Below, piece by piece: positions 48,130 through 57,850 of a DNA stretch of 64,000 nucleotides. Position 1 is the stretch's first letter; each line of letters begins with the position of its first letter. This DNA comes from Candidatus Latescibacterota bacterium (lineage in GTDB: Bacteria > Latescibacterota > UBA2968). The stretch covers positions 3,104,001-3,168,000 of the forward strand of contig OZ220741.1 in the NCBI GenBank assembly GCA_965116885.1, written 5' to 3'. A program made the translations under genes and the position numbers. The notes beneath the pieces were generated by a model that was not told the origin of the DNA, made no database searches, and saw nothing but the letters and a program-made list of their open reading frames with translations.

Positions 48130-49215
48130 ATGGCCGATCATACTTACTTCATTGTCGATAGCCACTTAGATCTCGCCTTTTGCGCCATTCAGGTCAATCG
48201 CGACCTCACGCAACCTGCGGCAACCGTGCGGGTACACGATTCGGAACTGACTACGCGCAGTTTTGGGTCGTGTACGACGACGTTTCCCGAGTTGCACAAG
48301 GGGCGTGTGGGGATTGTGTTTGGCACGGTGATGTCGCGTATTGATACCAATGATCGCTGGACGCGCACGGGGATGTGGGATCAGACGCAGTGTTATGGTG
48401 TCGGGAGGGGGCATTATGCTTTTTACAAGGCGATGGAACGGCGTGGGATTATTCGGCAGATTCATACGGTTGAGGATTTGGACGCCTGTGTTGCGGCGTG
48501 GACGCAGCCTTCGGCAGATACCCCCATCGGGTTGGTGCTGGCAATGGAAAGCGCCGATCCGATTCTCGATCCAGAGCAGGTGTCCGAATGGCGCGATTTG
48601 GGCTTGAAAATGGTGAGTATTTCGCATTATGGCGTGAGTTCTTATTGCCACGGAACAGGGACAGAAGGGGGATTGCTGGATCGGGGCAGGCCGTTGCTGG
48701 ACGCGCTCAAAGACGCTGGTATTATTGTGGATTTGACGCATACCACGGATCAGGCTTTCTGGGAAATTCTCGATTATTACGACGGGCCGGTGGCTGCAAG
48801 CCATCACAATTGCCGGGCACTGACGCCGGGGCAGCGGCAGTTGACTGATGATATGATCCGCGCGATTGTTGAACGCGATGGAGTTATTGGCGCGGCTTTT
48901 GATGTATGGATGCTCGATCCAGAGTGGAAGCGGGGGGTGCCGTGTTATGAGCAGACGACAAAGGCGACGCTCGATACTGTGGTCGATCACATCGATCATG
49001 TGTGTCAGCTTGCTGGTAATGCGAATCATTCGGGTATTGGGACGGATCTGGATGGGGGGTATGGCCAGGAACAGTCGCCGAGAGATTTAAATACAATTGC
49101 CGATTTGCAGAATCTGGTGCCCATTTTTGAACGGCGCGGATATTCACCAGAAGATATTCAAAAGGTGTTGTCGGGGAATTGGGTGCGGTTGTTGAAGTCG
49201 GTGTGGAAAGATTGA
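48130..49215 (+). CDS. Membrane dipeptidase (peptidase M19) family protein, second paralogue
   Basis: DSHLD, MESAD, DLTH, ASHHNCR and GTDLDGG motifs. Confidence 0.88.
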   Translation: MADHTYFIVDSHLDLAFCAIQVNRDLTQPAATVRVHDSELTTRSFGSCTTTFPELHKGRVGIVFGTVMSRIDTNDRWTRTGMWDQTQCYGVGRGHYAFYKAMERRGIIRQIHTVEDLDACVAAWTQPSADTPIGLVLAMESADPILDPEQVSEWRDLGLKMVSISHYGVSSYCHGTGTEGGLLDRGRPLLDALKDAGIIVDLTHTTDQAFWEILDYYDGPVAASHHNCRALTPGQRQLTDDMIRAIVERDGVIGAAFDVWMLDPEWKRGVPCYEQTTKATLDTVVDHIDHVCQLAGNANHSGIGTDLDGGYGQEQSPRDLNTIADLQNLVPIFERRGYSPEDIQKVLSGNWVRLLKSVWKD

Positions 49216-49217
49216 TC

Positions 49218-49282
49218 CGCAGATGAACGCAGATGAACGCAGATAAAACGCGAATGTGTAGGGGCGATCCTCGTGGTCGCCC
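49218..49282 (+). repeat. (CGCAGATRAA)x3 short tandem repeat followed by a GTAG-type REP-like palindrome
   Basis: Directly visible; GTAG-GGGCGATC-CTCGT-GGTCGCCC at 49258-49282. Confidence 0.7.
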
Positions 49283-49301
49283 GCTTTCAAAGGATAAAAA
49301 T

Positions 49302-50759
49302 ATGTCAGAGAGACCAAATTTGTTGTTGATTACAACAGATCAACAGCGCGGAGATTGCCTCGGGTGTGATGGGCATCCGGCGCTGGAGACGCCGTATCTC
49401 GATGAAATGGCCGAGCGGGGGGCGCATTTCCCCCACGCATATACGTCGGTGCCGTCGTGTACGCCTGCACGCGCGGGGATTATCACGGGGATGGATCAAT
49501 GGAATCACGGGCGGTTGACGATGACAGGAGGCGATCCGCTGGAATATTCGGCGACATTGCCGGGGGAACTCGCAGCGGCGGGATATCACACGCAAGCCGT
49601 GGGTAAGATGCATCACGCCCCGCAGCGCAGGTTGTATGGCTTTCACCACATGGTATTGGATGAAAGTGGGCGGCGGATGGGAAATTTTGTCAGTGATTAT
49701 CATTTGTTTTTTGATCAGCACAAGGAAGGTGCTTACGGGTATCGGGATCACAGTATCGATTGGAATTCATGGATGGCTCGGCCCAGCCATTTGCCAGAGC
49801 ATTTGCATCCGACGCACTGGACGGCGAGCGAAGGGATTAAATTTTTGGAGCAACGCGATCCGACCAAACCATTTTTTATGTGGCTTTCATTTGCGCGGCC
49901 CCATTCGCCTTATGATGCGCCCCAGGCGTATTGGGATATGTATATCGACAATGATAATATCCCAAAAGCCGCTGTGGGAGACTGGGCTGCTGAGTTCGAC
50001 AAAAAAATCGCAGATGTCAATGCGCCGCGTTCGCACCGTTCCGATGCTGAAACGCACAGGGGACGTGCGGGGTATTACGGCAATATCACGTTTATCGATC
50101 ACCAGATTGGGCGCGTGTTGTACGAGTTGCGCCACCGGGATCCGCAAGCATACCGCAATACCCTGATTATTTTTACATCTGATCACGGCGATATGATGGG
50201 CGACCATCACCACTGGCGGAAGACGTATGCATACGAAGGGTCTGCGCGCATTCCATTTATTGTGAAGTATCCCGATACATGGCGGGATGTGGCGCGAGGG
50301 GTGAAGTACGATCATCCCGTGGAGTTGCGCGATGTGATGCCCACATTGCTCGATGCTGCCGGAGTCGATATACCAGCGTCTGTAGATGGGCGGTCTCTTC
50401 TGGATATTGCGCGGGGGGATGACGAGGGATGGCGCGCGTTTGTGCAGGGCGAGCATACGTCGTGTTATACAAGAGAACACGGCATGCAATATGTGACTGA
50501 TGGGCACGAGAAGTATATCTGGTTTCATCACACGGGAGAAGAACAGTTTTTTAATCTGGATGACGATCCATTGGAATGCTGCGAGTTGTCCAAAGATCCG
50601 GCGTATGAAACGCGCATTGCGATGTGGCGCAGGCGATTGGCAGAGGTGAATGAAAACCGGGGCGATCCGAGGGGGCAAAATGGAGAACTCGTGCCGCAGC
50701 CCGATGGCGCGCTGAGTCTGTCGCCAAATTATCAGAAATGGAAAGAAGCCGCACAATAA
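49302..50759 (+). CDS. Cytoplasmic S1 sulfatase (arylsulfatase-like)
   Basis: PNLLLITTDQQR, CTPAR, GKMH, RPHSP and SDHGDMMGDH motifs. Confidence 0.92.
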   Translation: MSERPNLLLITTDQQRGDCLGCDGHPALETPYLDEMAERGAHFPHAYTSVPSCTPARAGIITGMDQWNHGRLTMTGGDPLEYSATLPGELAAAGYHTQAVGKMHHAPQRRLYGFHHMVLDESGRRMGNFVSDYHLFFDQHKEGAYGYRDHSIDWNSWMARPSHLPEHLHPTHWTASEGIKFLEQRDPTKPFFMWLSFARPHSPYDAPQAYWDMYIDNDNIPKAAVGDWAAEFDKKIADVNAPRSHRSDAETHRGRAGYYGNITFIDHQIGRVLYELRHRDPQAYRNTLIIFTSDHGDMMGDHHHWRKTYAYEGSARIPFIVKYPDTWRDVARGVKYDHPVELRDVMPTLLDAAGVDIPASVDGRSLLDIARGDDEGWRAFVQGEHTSCYTREHGMQYVTDGHEKYIWFHHTGEEQFFNLDDDPLECCELSKDPAYETRIAMWRRRLAEVNENRGDPRGQNGELVPQPDGALSLSPNYQKWKEAAQ

Positions 50760-50772
50760 TTGTGAGGATGTT

Positions 50773-51243
50773 ATGGCCCAAAAATACTGGCTTGTAAAGT
50801 GCGAGTACGATGTGTGCTCTTTTGAAGAACTGAGCAATCGTCCCAGTGGGATTGGGTACTGGCGGGGGGTGCGCAATTATCAGGCGCGCAATTTTATTCG
50901 CGACGAAATGCAAAAAGGCGATCAGGCACTTTTTTATCAGTCGAATTGTAAAAATCCCGGTGTTGCCGGTATTGCGAATATTGTGCGTGCGGGATATCCC
51001 GATCCCTCTCAATTCGATGCGCGTCATGAGTATTACGATGAGAAGGCATCGAAAGAAGATCCGCGCTGGTTTTCTTTTGATGTGCAATGGTCAAAAGCAT
51101 TTGAGCCTTATGTCAGTCTGCAAGACCTCAAGAACAATCCCAGGCTCAAAGACATGAAGGTGGTTCAGCGCGGGCAGCGATTATCAATCCAGCCGGTGAC
51201 AAAGGAGGAGTTTGAGATTGTGTGCGAGATGGGGGGCATCTAG
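50773..51243 (+). CDS. EVE domain protein
   Basis: YWLVKCE, W.GVRNYQARNF, FYQSNC and RLSIQPV motifs. Confidence 0.9.
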   Translation: MAQKYWLVKCEYDVCSFEELSNRPSGIGYWRGVRNYQARNFIRDEMQKGDQALFYQSNCKNPGVAGIANIVRAGYPDPSQFDARHEYYDEKASKEDPRWFSFDVQWSKAFEPYVSLQDLKNNPRLKDMKVVQRGQRLSIQPVTKEEFEIVCEMGGI

Positions 51244-51310
51244 GGAGATAAGAAGACCAAAAGAAAATGAAATTCTTCAAAGACAATTCGTTGCAGAGAC
51301 AAGGTACATA

Positions 51311-51904
51311 ATGCCGCGTAAAAACAGGGTTCTTAGCATAGGCGATACCGCCCCCTTATTTACTCTCCCTTCGCATCAGTGGCAAGACGTATCGCTCGTA
51401 TCGTATCGAGGTAAAGAATATGTCATTCTGACGTTTTTTCGGGGGACCTGGTGAAAAAGAAGTCGTCGTCAGTTGGCGGCTGTGCAAGAACATATAGATG
51501 CTTATATGGAACATAATGCGATAGCGATCGCTATCGCAGCAGGACAGCAACTCTGTGAACTGCGCGAATATGCCGAACGAAGTGGTATCACCTATCCACT
51601 TCTGGCCGACGAAGACCGGGGTGCCATCAAAAGCTATGGGGTCTATCACTGGTACGGTCTGGCGTTTGCTCACAATCTCATTTACAACATTTTGCGTCCA
51701 GTGGAATTTTTCATCGACAAACTCGGCTATTCGTTATACAACTGGCTCGGTCTGCCAGACCACAGCCTTGTTCACAGTATTGCCCGTCCAGCGACGTTTA
51801 TCATCGATAAACTCGGCATTGTCAGATATATGTATATTGGTTCGAATCAGTTTGATTTAGCCGAACAGAAAGAAATTATCGAGCACTTGAAATTGCTACC
51901 ATAA
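51311..51904 (+). CDS. AhpC/TSA (peroxiredoxin-like) probable selenoprotein, UGA at 51452-51454
   Basis: GDTAPLFTL...FFRGTW-UGA-KRSRRQL reads in frame into YPLLAD...ARPATFIIDKLGIVRY; UGA sits at the redox Cys position; hairpin follows. Confidence 0.8.
51461..51481 (+). promoter_or_regulatory. Candidate bacterial SECIS hairpin
   Basis: AGTCGTC-GTCAGTT-GGCGGCT: 7-bp stem with G-U pairs and a G-initiated loop just after the UGA. Confidence 0.5.
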
Positions 51905-52044
51905 TTCAGGTTAAAAAATAAATAAAACTTGACAAAAAATAGGTGGTGTTCAAATATTCTTTTTATATTAAGGACTGTTTTTTCTCAGACTTAAGCAGGT
52001 GTCCTGTTACCTGTCGATAATTTGGATTAAAATGAGGTGATAGA

Positions 52045-53226
52045 GTGCAGATACAGATACCTTCTTCATATCAACCCGGGTATGAAAAAGCGCTTCTGAC
52101 CGATCCCGACCTCGCCAAAACGTACATCCAGCACACGCTTATTGGCGACCCCGATGCCGATGCTCTGATCAATGGATTAGCTGATATTGATGAGAAGCAA
52201 CAGGGCGAATTTATCAGGGCTGGGATGGACCTGGATGAGGAAAAACTGCGTGATGCGCCTCAGGAATTACGGGCGTTTTTTGAGAAGGTCGGGACGCCGC
52301 CCGCGTGGTTTGATCCCGAGTCAGTATATCCCGGATGCCGTGGCTTCCAGGCCTATTCAGATCTGTTTCTTACCTCGTTTGTCGTGGATATTATTGTACA
52401 GGGTTTCACGACGCTAATCAGCCAATCGTTTTTTACCACAGGAAGGCTGACCGATCAGGGGGTGCGGCGGCTAAAGCAAAATATACTTCACCTCTTAGAG
52501 ATTATGTTGCCGGGTGGCCTGGAGCGATACGGCGAGGGCTGGAAATTGTCTGTCCGTCTGCGGCTGGTGCATGCACAGGTCAGGCGGCATCTTCTCGCTT
52601 CTGAGGAGTGGGACTATGAAGCCCACGGCATGCCGATCAGTACTGCCCACATCGCGCTCGCGTCCTGTAATTTCTCCGGAATGCTGTTGCGGTCAGCCAC
52701 GCGAATTGGCGCACGTCTAAACGATGAAGAACGCGACAGTTTTATGCAGATATGGCGCTATACCGCTCACCTGATGGGTGTGCCCGAGGCACTCTTGTTC
52801 AGCAATGAGACCGAAGCCTGTGAAATATACCGCGTGGGTTACATCTGCGAGCCGCCTCCCGGTCTGGAAGCTATTGCTATGGCAAACTCGGTGATTGCCT
52901 CGGCTCCTTACGTGATCGGTATTAAAGACGAGAAAGAGCGAGATAATCTATCTGGTTTTGGGTACCGCCTTTCCCGAGCGTTGATTGGAGACGAACTCGC
53001 CGATCAACTCATGTTCCCCAAAAGTCGGACATCTGGGCCTGGGACACTGGTATATTTGCGGCTGAGGCGCAGAATCCAGGAGATCCTCGATGTCCTGCTG
53101 TGGTGGAGACCGAGTCATCGTACCCAAAGCTTCATGGCCTTGCTCGACGTATCTACGCTCGAAGAGCATAAAATCAGTTACCGATTACCCGACAAGCTAC
53201 ACGCAGACGAGGCGAAGCCGTGGTGA
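52045..53226 (+). CDS. Lcp/MpaB-family (DUF2236) heme oxygenase
   Basis: GDPDAD, PAWFD, TGRL...RRL, RLVHAQVR, GMPIS and WRYTAHLMGVP motifs. Confidence 0.82.
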   Translation: MQIQIPSSYQPGYEKALLTDPDLAKTYIQHTLIGDPDADALINGLADIDEKQQGEFIRAGMDLDEEKLRDAPQELRAFFEKVGTPPAWFDPESVYPGCRGFQAYSDLFLTSFVVDIIVQGFTTLISQSFFTTGRLTDQGVRRLKQNILHLLEIMLPGGLERYGEGWKLSVRLRLVHAQVRRHLLASEEWDYEAHGMPISTAHIALASCNFSGMLLRSATRIGARLNDEERDSFMQIWRYTAHLMGVPEALLFSNETEACEIYRVGYICEPPPGLEAIAMANSVIASAPYVIGIKDEKERDNLSGFGYRLSRALIGDELADQLMFPKSRTSGPGTLVYLRLRRRIQEILDVLLWWRPSHRTQSFMALLDVSTLEEHKISYRLPDKLHADEAKPW

Positions 53227-53304
53227 GGTATGACGGTCTTTATCCACCAACATATAATGAGGAAATCATTCGCTCGGTGAACGCGTCGTCGCACTTAATC
53301 CGAA

Positions 53305-55608
53305 ATGGTCGAAGGAGTGACTCTTTTGCAATTGGAACGCTACACCGCTGTCATTTTGCGCTATCGATGGTTGGTCGTTGCGCTTACAACACTGGTCATG
53401 CTGGCATTGACGGCAGGTGTTCGCTTCATCACCGTTACGAACGATTACCGCATTCTGTTTGGCGAAGACAATCCACAACTCCTCGCTTTTGACGCTCTGG
53501 AGAACACGTATTCGGCCTCCAATGCGGCACTGATTGCCATTGCGCCCCGACATGGCTCGGTGTTTACCCGCGAGGCGCTTGGCGCGGTTGAGGAATTGAC
53601 CGAAGCCGCGTGGCGAGCGCCATATTCCAGCCGCGTCAATTCCCTGACCAATTATACCCATAGCGAAGCACTCAATGACGATTTGGTGGTCGCTCCGCTC
53701 GTTGATGACGCATCTTCTCTGAGCGATGCCGATGTGGTGCGAATTGAGAAGACCGCGCTGGATGCAATTGAAATTGCCGGGCGTCTGGTGTCTCATGATG
53801 GGCGCACTGCCGGGGTGGCTATTAATTTTATCCTGCCCGAAAATCAGGACCAGGCAGTGATCGAAATTACCGATTATCTCAATTCGGTCCTGAGTCAAGC
53901 CCGCACGAGCCATCCGGATATCGATTATTACCTGACCGGCGATGTCGTCATGCATCGGACTTTTGCCGATGTCACGAAGAACGACATGGAGACTCTGACA
54001 CCTGTTGTGTTTCTCATCATTGTGGGTGCCACAATTCTTCTCCTGCGTTCGATTCTCAGCACTTTGGCCATTGTCGCCATGCTCGTGTTTGTCATCAATA
54101 CGACTATGGGATTTGCCGGCTGGAATGGCGTGGTGTTCAGCCCCACCAATGCCGGTGTGCCGATTATTGTCATGGTGATCGCCATCGCGGATTCGATCCA
54201 CGTTGTCACGAGTGTTTTATTGGGTATGAGGCGCGGTCTGGACAGAAATGCGGCGATTGTCGAGTCGATCCGCATCAATGCCTATCCGGTATTTATTACT
54301 TCGGTCACGACGGCGATTGGATTTCTCAGTCTGAATGCCTCAGATTCGCCACCTTTTCACGTTCTGGGCAATTACGTGGCATTTGGCGTTTTGTGCGCGC
54401 TTGTTTACACTATGACGCTATTGCCGGCATTGCTTTCGATTTTGCCGTTGCGCGCGTCTTCTGCCCAGTCCGAGGGGACGGCTTTTTTCGACCGTTTTGC
54501 CGACTTTGTCATCGCCCGTCGCAAATTTCTGCTCTGGTTCGTCACTGCGGTTGTCGTTGTCCTGATACTCGGCGTCCCCCGCATTGAGTTGAGCGATAAC
54601 ATGGCGCAGTATTTTGACGATCGCTACGAGTTCCGGCGCGATACGGATTATATTATTGATAATCTGACTGGTCTGGATAAGCTGGAATATTCGCTGAGTG
54701 CAGGGCGCGAAGGGGGTATTACCGATCCGGATTATCTGCGCCAGGTCGATGCTTTTGCCGAGTGGTACCGGGAACAACCCGAAGTGACCCATGTCCAGGC
54801 ATTTTCGGATATTATGAAACGTCTCAATAAAAATATGCACGGCGACGATCCAGCTTTTTATCGCTTGCCCAAAGATCCGGACCTCGCGGCGCAGTATCTG
54901 TTGCTCTACGAGTTTTCTCTTCCGTTTGGCAGCGATCTCAATGACCGCATAGATGTCGCGAAATCCGCTACGCGCCTGAGTGTCGTGACTAAGAATGCGT
55001 GGTCGCGAGATTTGCGTGAACTCGATAAGCGCGCACAGGTCTGGCTCCAGGCGAATGCACCCGCTTTTGCCAATGAAGCATCGGGTTTGAGCATTGTCTT
55101 TGCCCACTTATCTCTACGAAATATCAATAGCATGTTGCGCGGTACGATCACTGCGATGGCACTTATTTCGTTCATCCTGATCTGGATTTTCAAGAGTGTT
55201 CGGGTCGGTCTGCTCAGCTTGTTGCCCAATTTTATCCCCGCAATTATGAGCTTCGGTCTGTGGGGCTATCTCGTCGGTCATGTGGGCATTGCATCTTCGG
55301 TGGTGATCGCCGTTGTTTTTGGAATTGTCGTGGATGATACGATTCATTTTTTGAGCAAATATTTGAAGGCCCGGCGCGATGGCCTTCCCGCACCCGAGGC
55401 CGTGCGCTATACTTTTAACACGGTGGGCCATGCGTTATGGACGACGACCGCAGTGTTGTCAGTGGGCTTTCTGGTGTTCGCCACATCGGGATTTGAGGTT
55501 AGTTGGGCACTCGGCCTTTTGGTCACGGTTACGATTGTCTTCGCGCTTGTTGCCGACTTTTTACTTTTGCCAACTCTGCTGATTGCTATTGATCGGAGAA
55601 ATTCATGA
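53305..55608 (+). CDS. MMPL/RND-family lipid transporter
   Basis: Two RND halves; IADSIH, ITSVTTAIGFLSL and GIVVDDTIHF motifs. Confidence 0.9.
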   Translation: MVEGVTLLQLERYTAVILRYRWLVVALTTLVMLALTAGVRFITVTNDYRILFGEDNPQLLAFDALENTYSASNAALIAIAPRHGSVFTREALGAVEELTEAAWRAPYSSRVNSLTNYTHSEALNDDLVVAPLVDDASSLSDADVVRIEKTALDAIEIAGRLVSHDGRTAGVAINFILPENQDQAVIEITDYLNSVLSQARTSHPDIDYYLTGDVVMHRTFADVTKNDMETLTPVVFLIIVGATILLLRSILSTLAIVAMLVFVINTTMGFAGWNGVVFSPTNAGVPIIVMVIAIADSIHVVTSVLLGMRRGLDRNAAIVESIRINAYPVFITSVTTAIGFLSLNASDSPPFHVLGNYVAFGVLCALVYTMTLLPALLSILPLRASSAQSEGTAFFDRFADFVIARRKFLLWFVTAVVVVLILGVPRIELSDNMAQYFDDRYEFRRDTDYIIDNLTGLDKLEYSLSAGREGGITDPDYLRQVDAFAEWYREQPEVTHVQAFSDIMKRLNKNMHGDDPAFYRLPKDPDLAAQYLLLYEFSLPFGSDLNDRIDVAKSATRLSVVTKNAWSRDLRELDKRAQVWLQANAPAFANEASGLSIVFAHLSLRNINSMLRGTITAMALISFILIWIFKSVRVGLLSLLPNFIPAIMSFGLWGYLVGHVGIASSVVIAVVFGIVVDDTIHFLSKYLKARRDGLPAPEAVRYTFNTVGHALWTTTAVLSVGFLVFATSGFEVSWALGLLVTVTIVFALVADFLLLPTLLIAIDRRNS

Positions 55609-56414
55609 TACCAATACGACCAATACACCTGTTTTTCGCGTTTTGTCCAATTATTTTGTTTTGTCTCGGCGTGTCATCACCCGCTCGTTCCGAAACCGCA
55701 GAGGAAACCGGGTTGAAAATCGCTCAGGATTCCCAGGATCGCGAGAAGGGTTTTGGTAATTTTACAGCCCAACAAACCATGGTGTTGCGCAACAAACACG
55801 GGCAAGAGAGCCGTCGCCAACTCCGGGTAAAGGTTCTCGAGGTCTCCGAAGATGGCGACAAGAGCCTGTTTGTGTTCGATGAACCGCGCGATGTCAAGGG
55901 AACGGCGTTGCTTATTCACGCGCATAGGGAAAGCGCGGACGACCAATGGCTTTATTTGCCTGCTCTGAAACGCGTCAAGCGCATTAGTTCGTCCAACCAG
56001 TCCGGCTCTTTTATGGGAAGTGAATTTGCTTATGAGGACCTGACCCCTCAGGCTGTGGAGAAATTTACCTATCGTTACCTGCGCGACGAGGCATATAGCG
56101 ATTTGACATGCACGGTCTCAGAACGCTTTCCCGTGGATAAGAAATCGGGCTATAGCCGCCAGGTGGTCTGGAGGGATAAGGACGAACTTCGCGTCTGGAA
56201 AGTGGAGTATTACGATCGCAAGAATTCACATCTGAAGACGCTTACTCTGGAGAATTACGCGCAGTATCTGGATCGTTACTGGCGCGCTGGGGAGATGACG
56301 ATGGTCAATCATTTAACCGGGAAAAGTACGGTTCTGACCTGGACGGATTTTGAGTTTCAGACAGACCTCAATGATCGTGATTTCACACAAACTGGGCTGA
56401 AACGGGTGCGTTGA
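55605..56414 (+). CDS. LolA-like periplasmic outer-membrane sorting/carrier protein
   Basis: Signal peptide; PRDVKGTALL and DDQWLYLPALKRVKRISS...SFMGSEFAYEDL motifs. Confidence 0.88.
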   Translation: MIPIRPIHLFFAFCPIILFCLGVSSPARSETAEETGLKIAQDSQDREKGFGNFTAQQTMVLRNKHGQESRRQLRVKVLEVSEDGDKSLFVFDEPRDVKGTALLIHAHRESADDQWLYLPALKRVKRISSSNQSGSFMGSEFAYEDLTPQAVEKFTYRYLRDEAYSDLTCTVSERFPVDKKSGYSRQVVWRDKDELRVWKVEYYDRKNSHLKTLTLENYAQYLDRYWRAGEMTMVNHLTGKSTVLTWTDFEFQTDLNDRDFTQTGLKRVR

Positions 56415-57682
56415 TGTTACGTCGTACCGCTCTTCATATTTTAACTTTCGACGCTGTCTGGATTTTGTCCCTGGTCTTTGCCATTAGCGCAGGTGCCGAA
56501 ATTGGGATTGACCGCGATTTTTCCGGGCGCGTGAATATCGAAAGCCGATGGTTTCCCCAAGCCGGTGCCTTTTCCGGCCAGGGGGCTCATGCCATCGGTT
56601 TTTTTGTGGAACCCAAACTCTATCTTGCAGACGCTAAGGGTCGAAGCCTCACGCTATCGCCGTTCTTTCGCTACGACAATGCGGACTCACGCCGCACCCA
56701 TGCCGATCTGCGCGAAGCCTATTTTCTGATATTCGGCGAGATCGGCGATGGTGAATGGGAGTTGCGCGTGGGTATTGACCAGGTTTTCTGGGGCGTTACG
56801 GAATCGCAACATCTGGTCGATATTGTCAATCAGATCGATCTGGTTGAACATCCAAATGGAGAGACAAAGCTGGGACAACCGATGGTGAATATCACCTATT
56901 CCAGCGATTGGGGGATAGTGGAGTTTTTTGTTTTGCCGTATCACCGGGTGCGCACGTTTCCGGGGCAATCTGGCCGCCTGCGCCTTCCGCTCGTGGTGGA
57001 AGATGAGCAGGTCGAGTACGAGAGCGAAGGGGGGGAGTGGCATCTGGATTTCGCAGCCCGGTACAGTCAAAGTTTTGGGGTTGTCGATGTTGGCCTGAGT
57101 GTGTTCAACGGTACCAGCCGGGAGCCTTTTCTAATGCCGGGTTCGGACCGTAGTGGTGCGCCGGTATTGGTTCAGCACTACGATCAGATCCGTCAGTTTG
57201 GGCTGGATGCGCAACTCACTGTTGGCTCGTGGTTGTTCAAGCTCGAGGCTATTCAGCGTGCTGGTGCTCGCAATCTGCTCGGGATAAAAGAAGATTATGT
57301 GGCTTCCGTTTTTGGCGGCGAATACGCGTTTTATTCCGTCTTTGGCTCTGCAGTTGATGTCAGCTTGCTCGGCGAATGGAATTACGATGGGCGAGGGCGA
57401 AATGCGACGCCGAGTCGCTCGCCCAATACGCTCGAAAACGACTTCTTTTTTGCTACGCGCCTCGCGTTCAACGATGTTCAGAGTACTGAAATTGTCGCCA
57501 GTATTCTGGGAGATGTAGATCGCGCGACACGCGCACTATCTATGGAATTGGATCGACGCATCTCAGATCTGTTGTCTTTAAACCTGGAGGCGATTCACCT
57601 TCTCAGTATTGATAAAGCGGATATCCACTACGATACGCGGCGCGATAGTTTTATTGATCTGAGGCTGATTTACCATTTTTAG
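56411..57682 (+). CDS. Outer-membrane beta-barrel partner of the MMPL/LolA-like module
   Basis: Signal peptide, DLREAY, VFWGVTES.HLVDIVNQ.D, amphipathic strands, C-terminal YHF. Confidence 0.75.
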   Translation: MMLRRTALHILTFDAVWILSLVFAISAGAEIGIDRDFSGRVNIESRWFPQAGAFSGQGAHAIGFFVEPKLYLADAKGRSLTLSPFFRYDNADSRRTHADLREAYFLIFGEIGDGEWELRVGIDQVFWGVTESQHLVDIVNQIDLVEHPNGETKLGQPMVNITYSSDWGIVEFFVLPYHRVRTFPGQSGRLRLPLVVEDEQVEYESEGGEWHLDFAARYSQSFGVVDVGLSVFNGTSREPFLMPGSDRSGAPVLVQHYDQIRQFGLDAQLTVGSWLFKLEAIQRAGARNLLGIKEDYVASVFGGEYAFYSVFGSAVDVSLLGEWNYDGRGRNATPSRSPNTLENDFFFATRLAFNDVQSTEIVASILGDVDRATRALSMELDRRISDLLSLNLEAIHLLSIDKADIHYDTRRDSFIDLRLIYHF

Positions 57683-57702
57683 TTATTGCACAATCTCTAA
57701 TT

Positions 57703-57745
57703 AAAAAACAACCCCACCCGGAATACCCTGGCGGGGTTGTTTGGT
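57703..57745. terminator. Bidirectional terminator between convergent operons
   Basis: AAAAAACAACCCC...GGGGTTGTTTGGTT. Confidence 0.7.
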
Positions 57746-57794
57746 TGTATGAAGAAGCGATCACATTACCACAGGTGACATACCCGGTTCGCCT

Positions 57795-57828
57795 TGTGAA
57801 CTGCACGCATACGCCGAACGAATTGGTA
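57795..57828 (+). pseudogene. Decayed fragment of the AhpC/TSA gene (copy of 51554-51587)
   Basis: 30/34 nt identical; CELHAYAERIG versus CELREYAERSG. Confidence 0.7.
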
Positions 57829-57850
57829 GTCCTTCGGTCTAAGACGCACT

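Noticed and set aside
51212..51904. Two separate small ORFs or a nonsense pseudogene
   Set aside because: The halves form one in-frame thioredoxin-fold protein with TGA exactly at the catalytic Cys position, so Sec recoding explains it better.
53305..57682. Identification as the BstABC sterol transporter or HpnN hopanoid transporter
   Set aside because: The partners here are a LolA-like protein and a beta-barrel, and no sterol or hopanoid synthesis genes are in the window; the substrate cannot be assigned.
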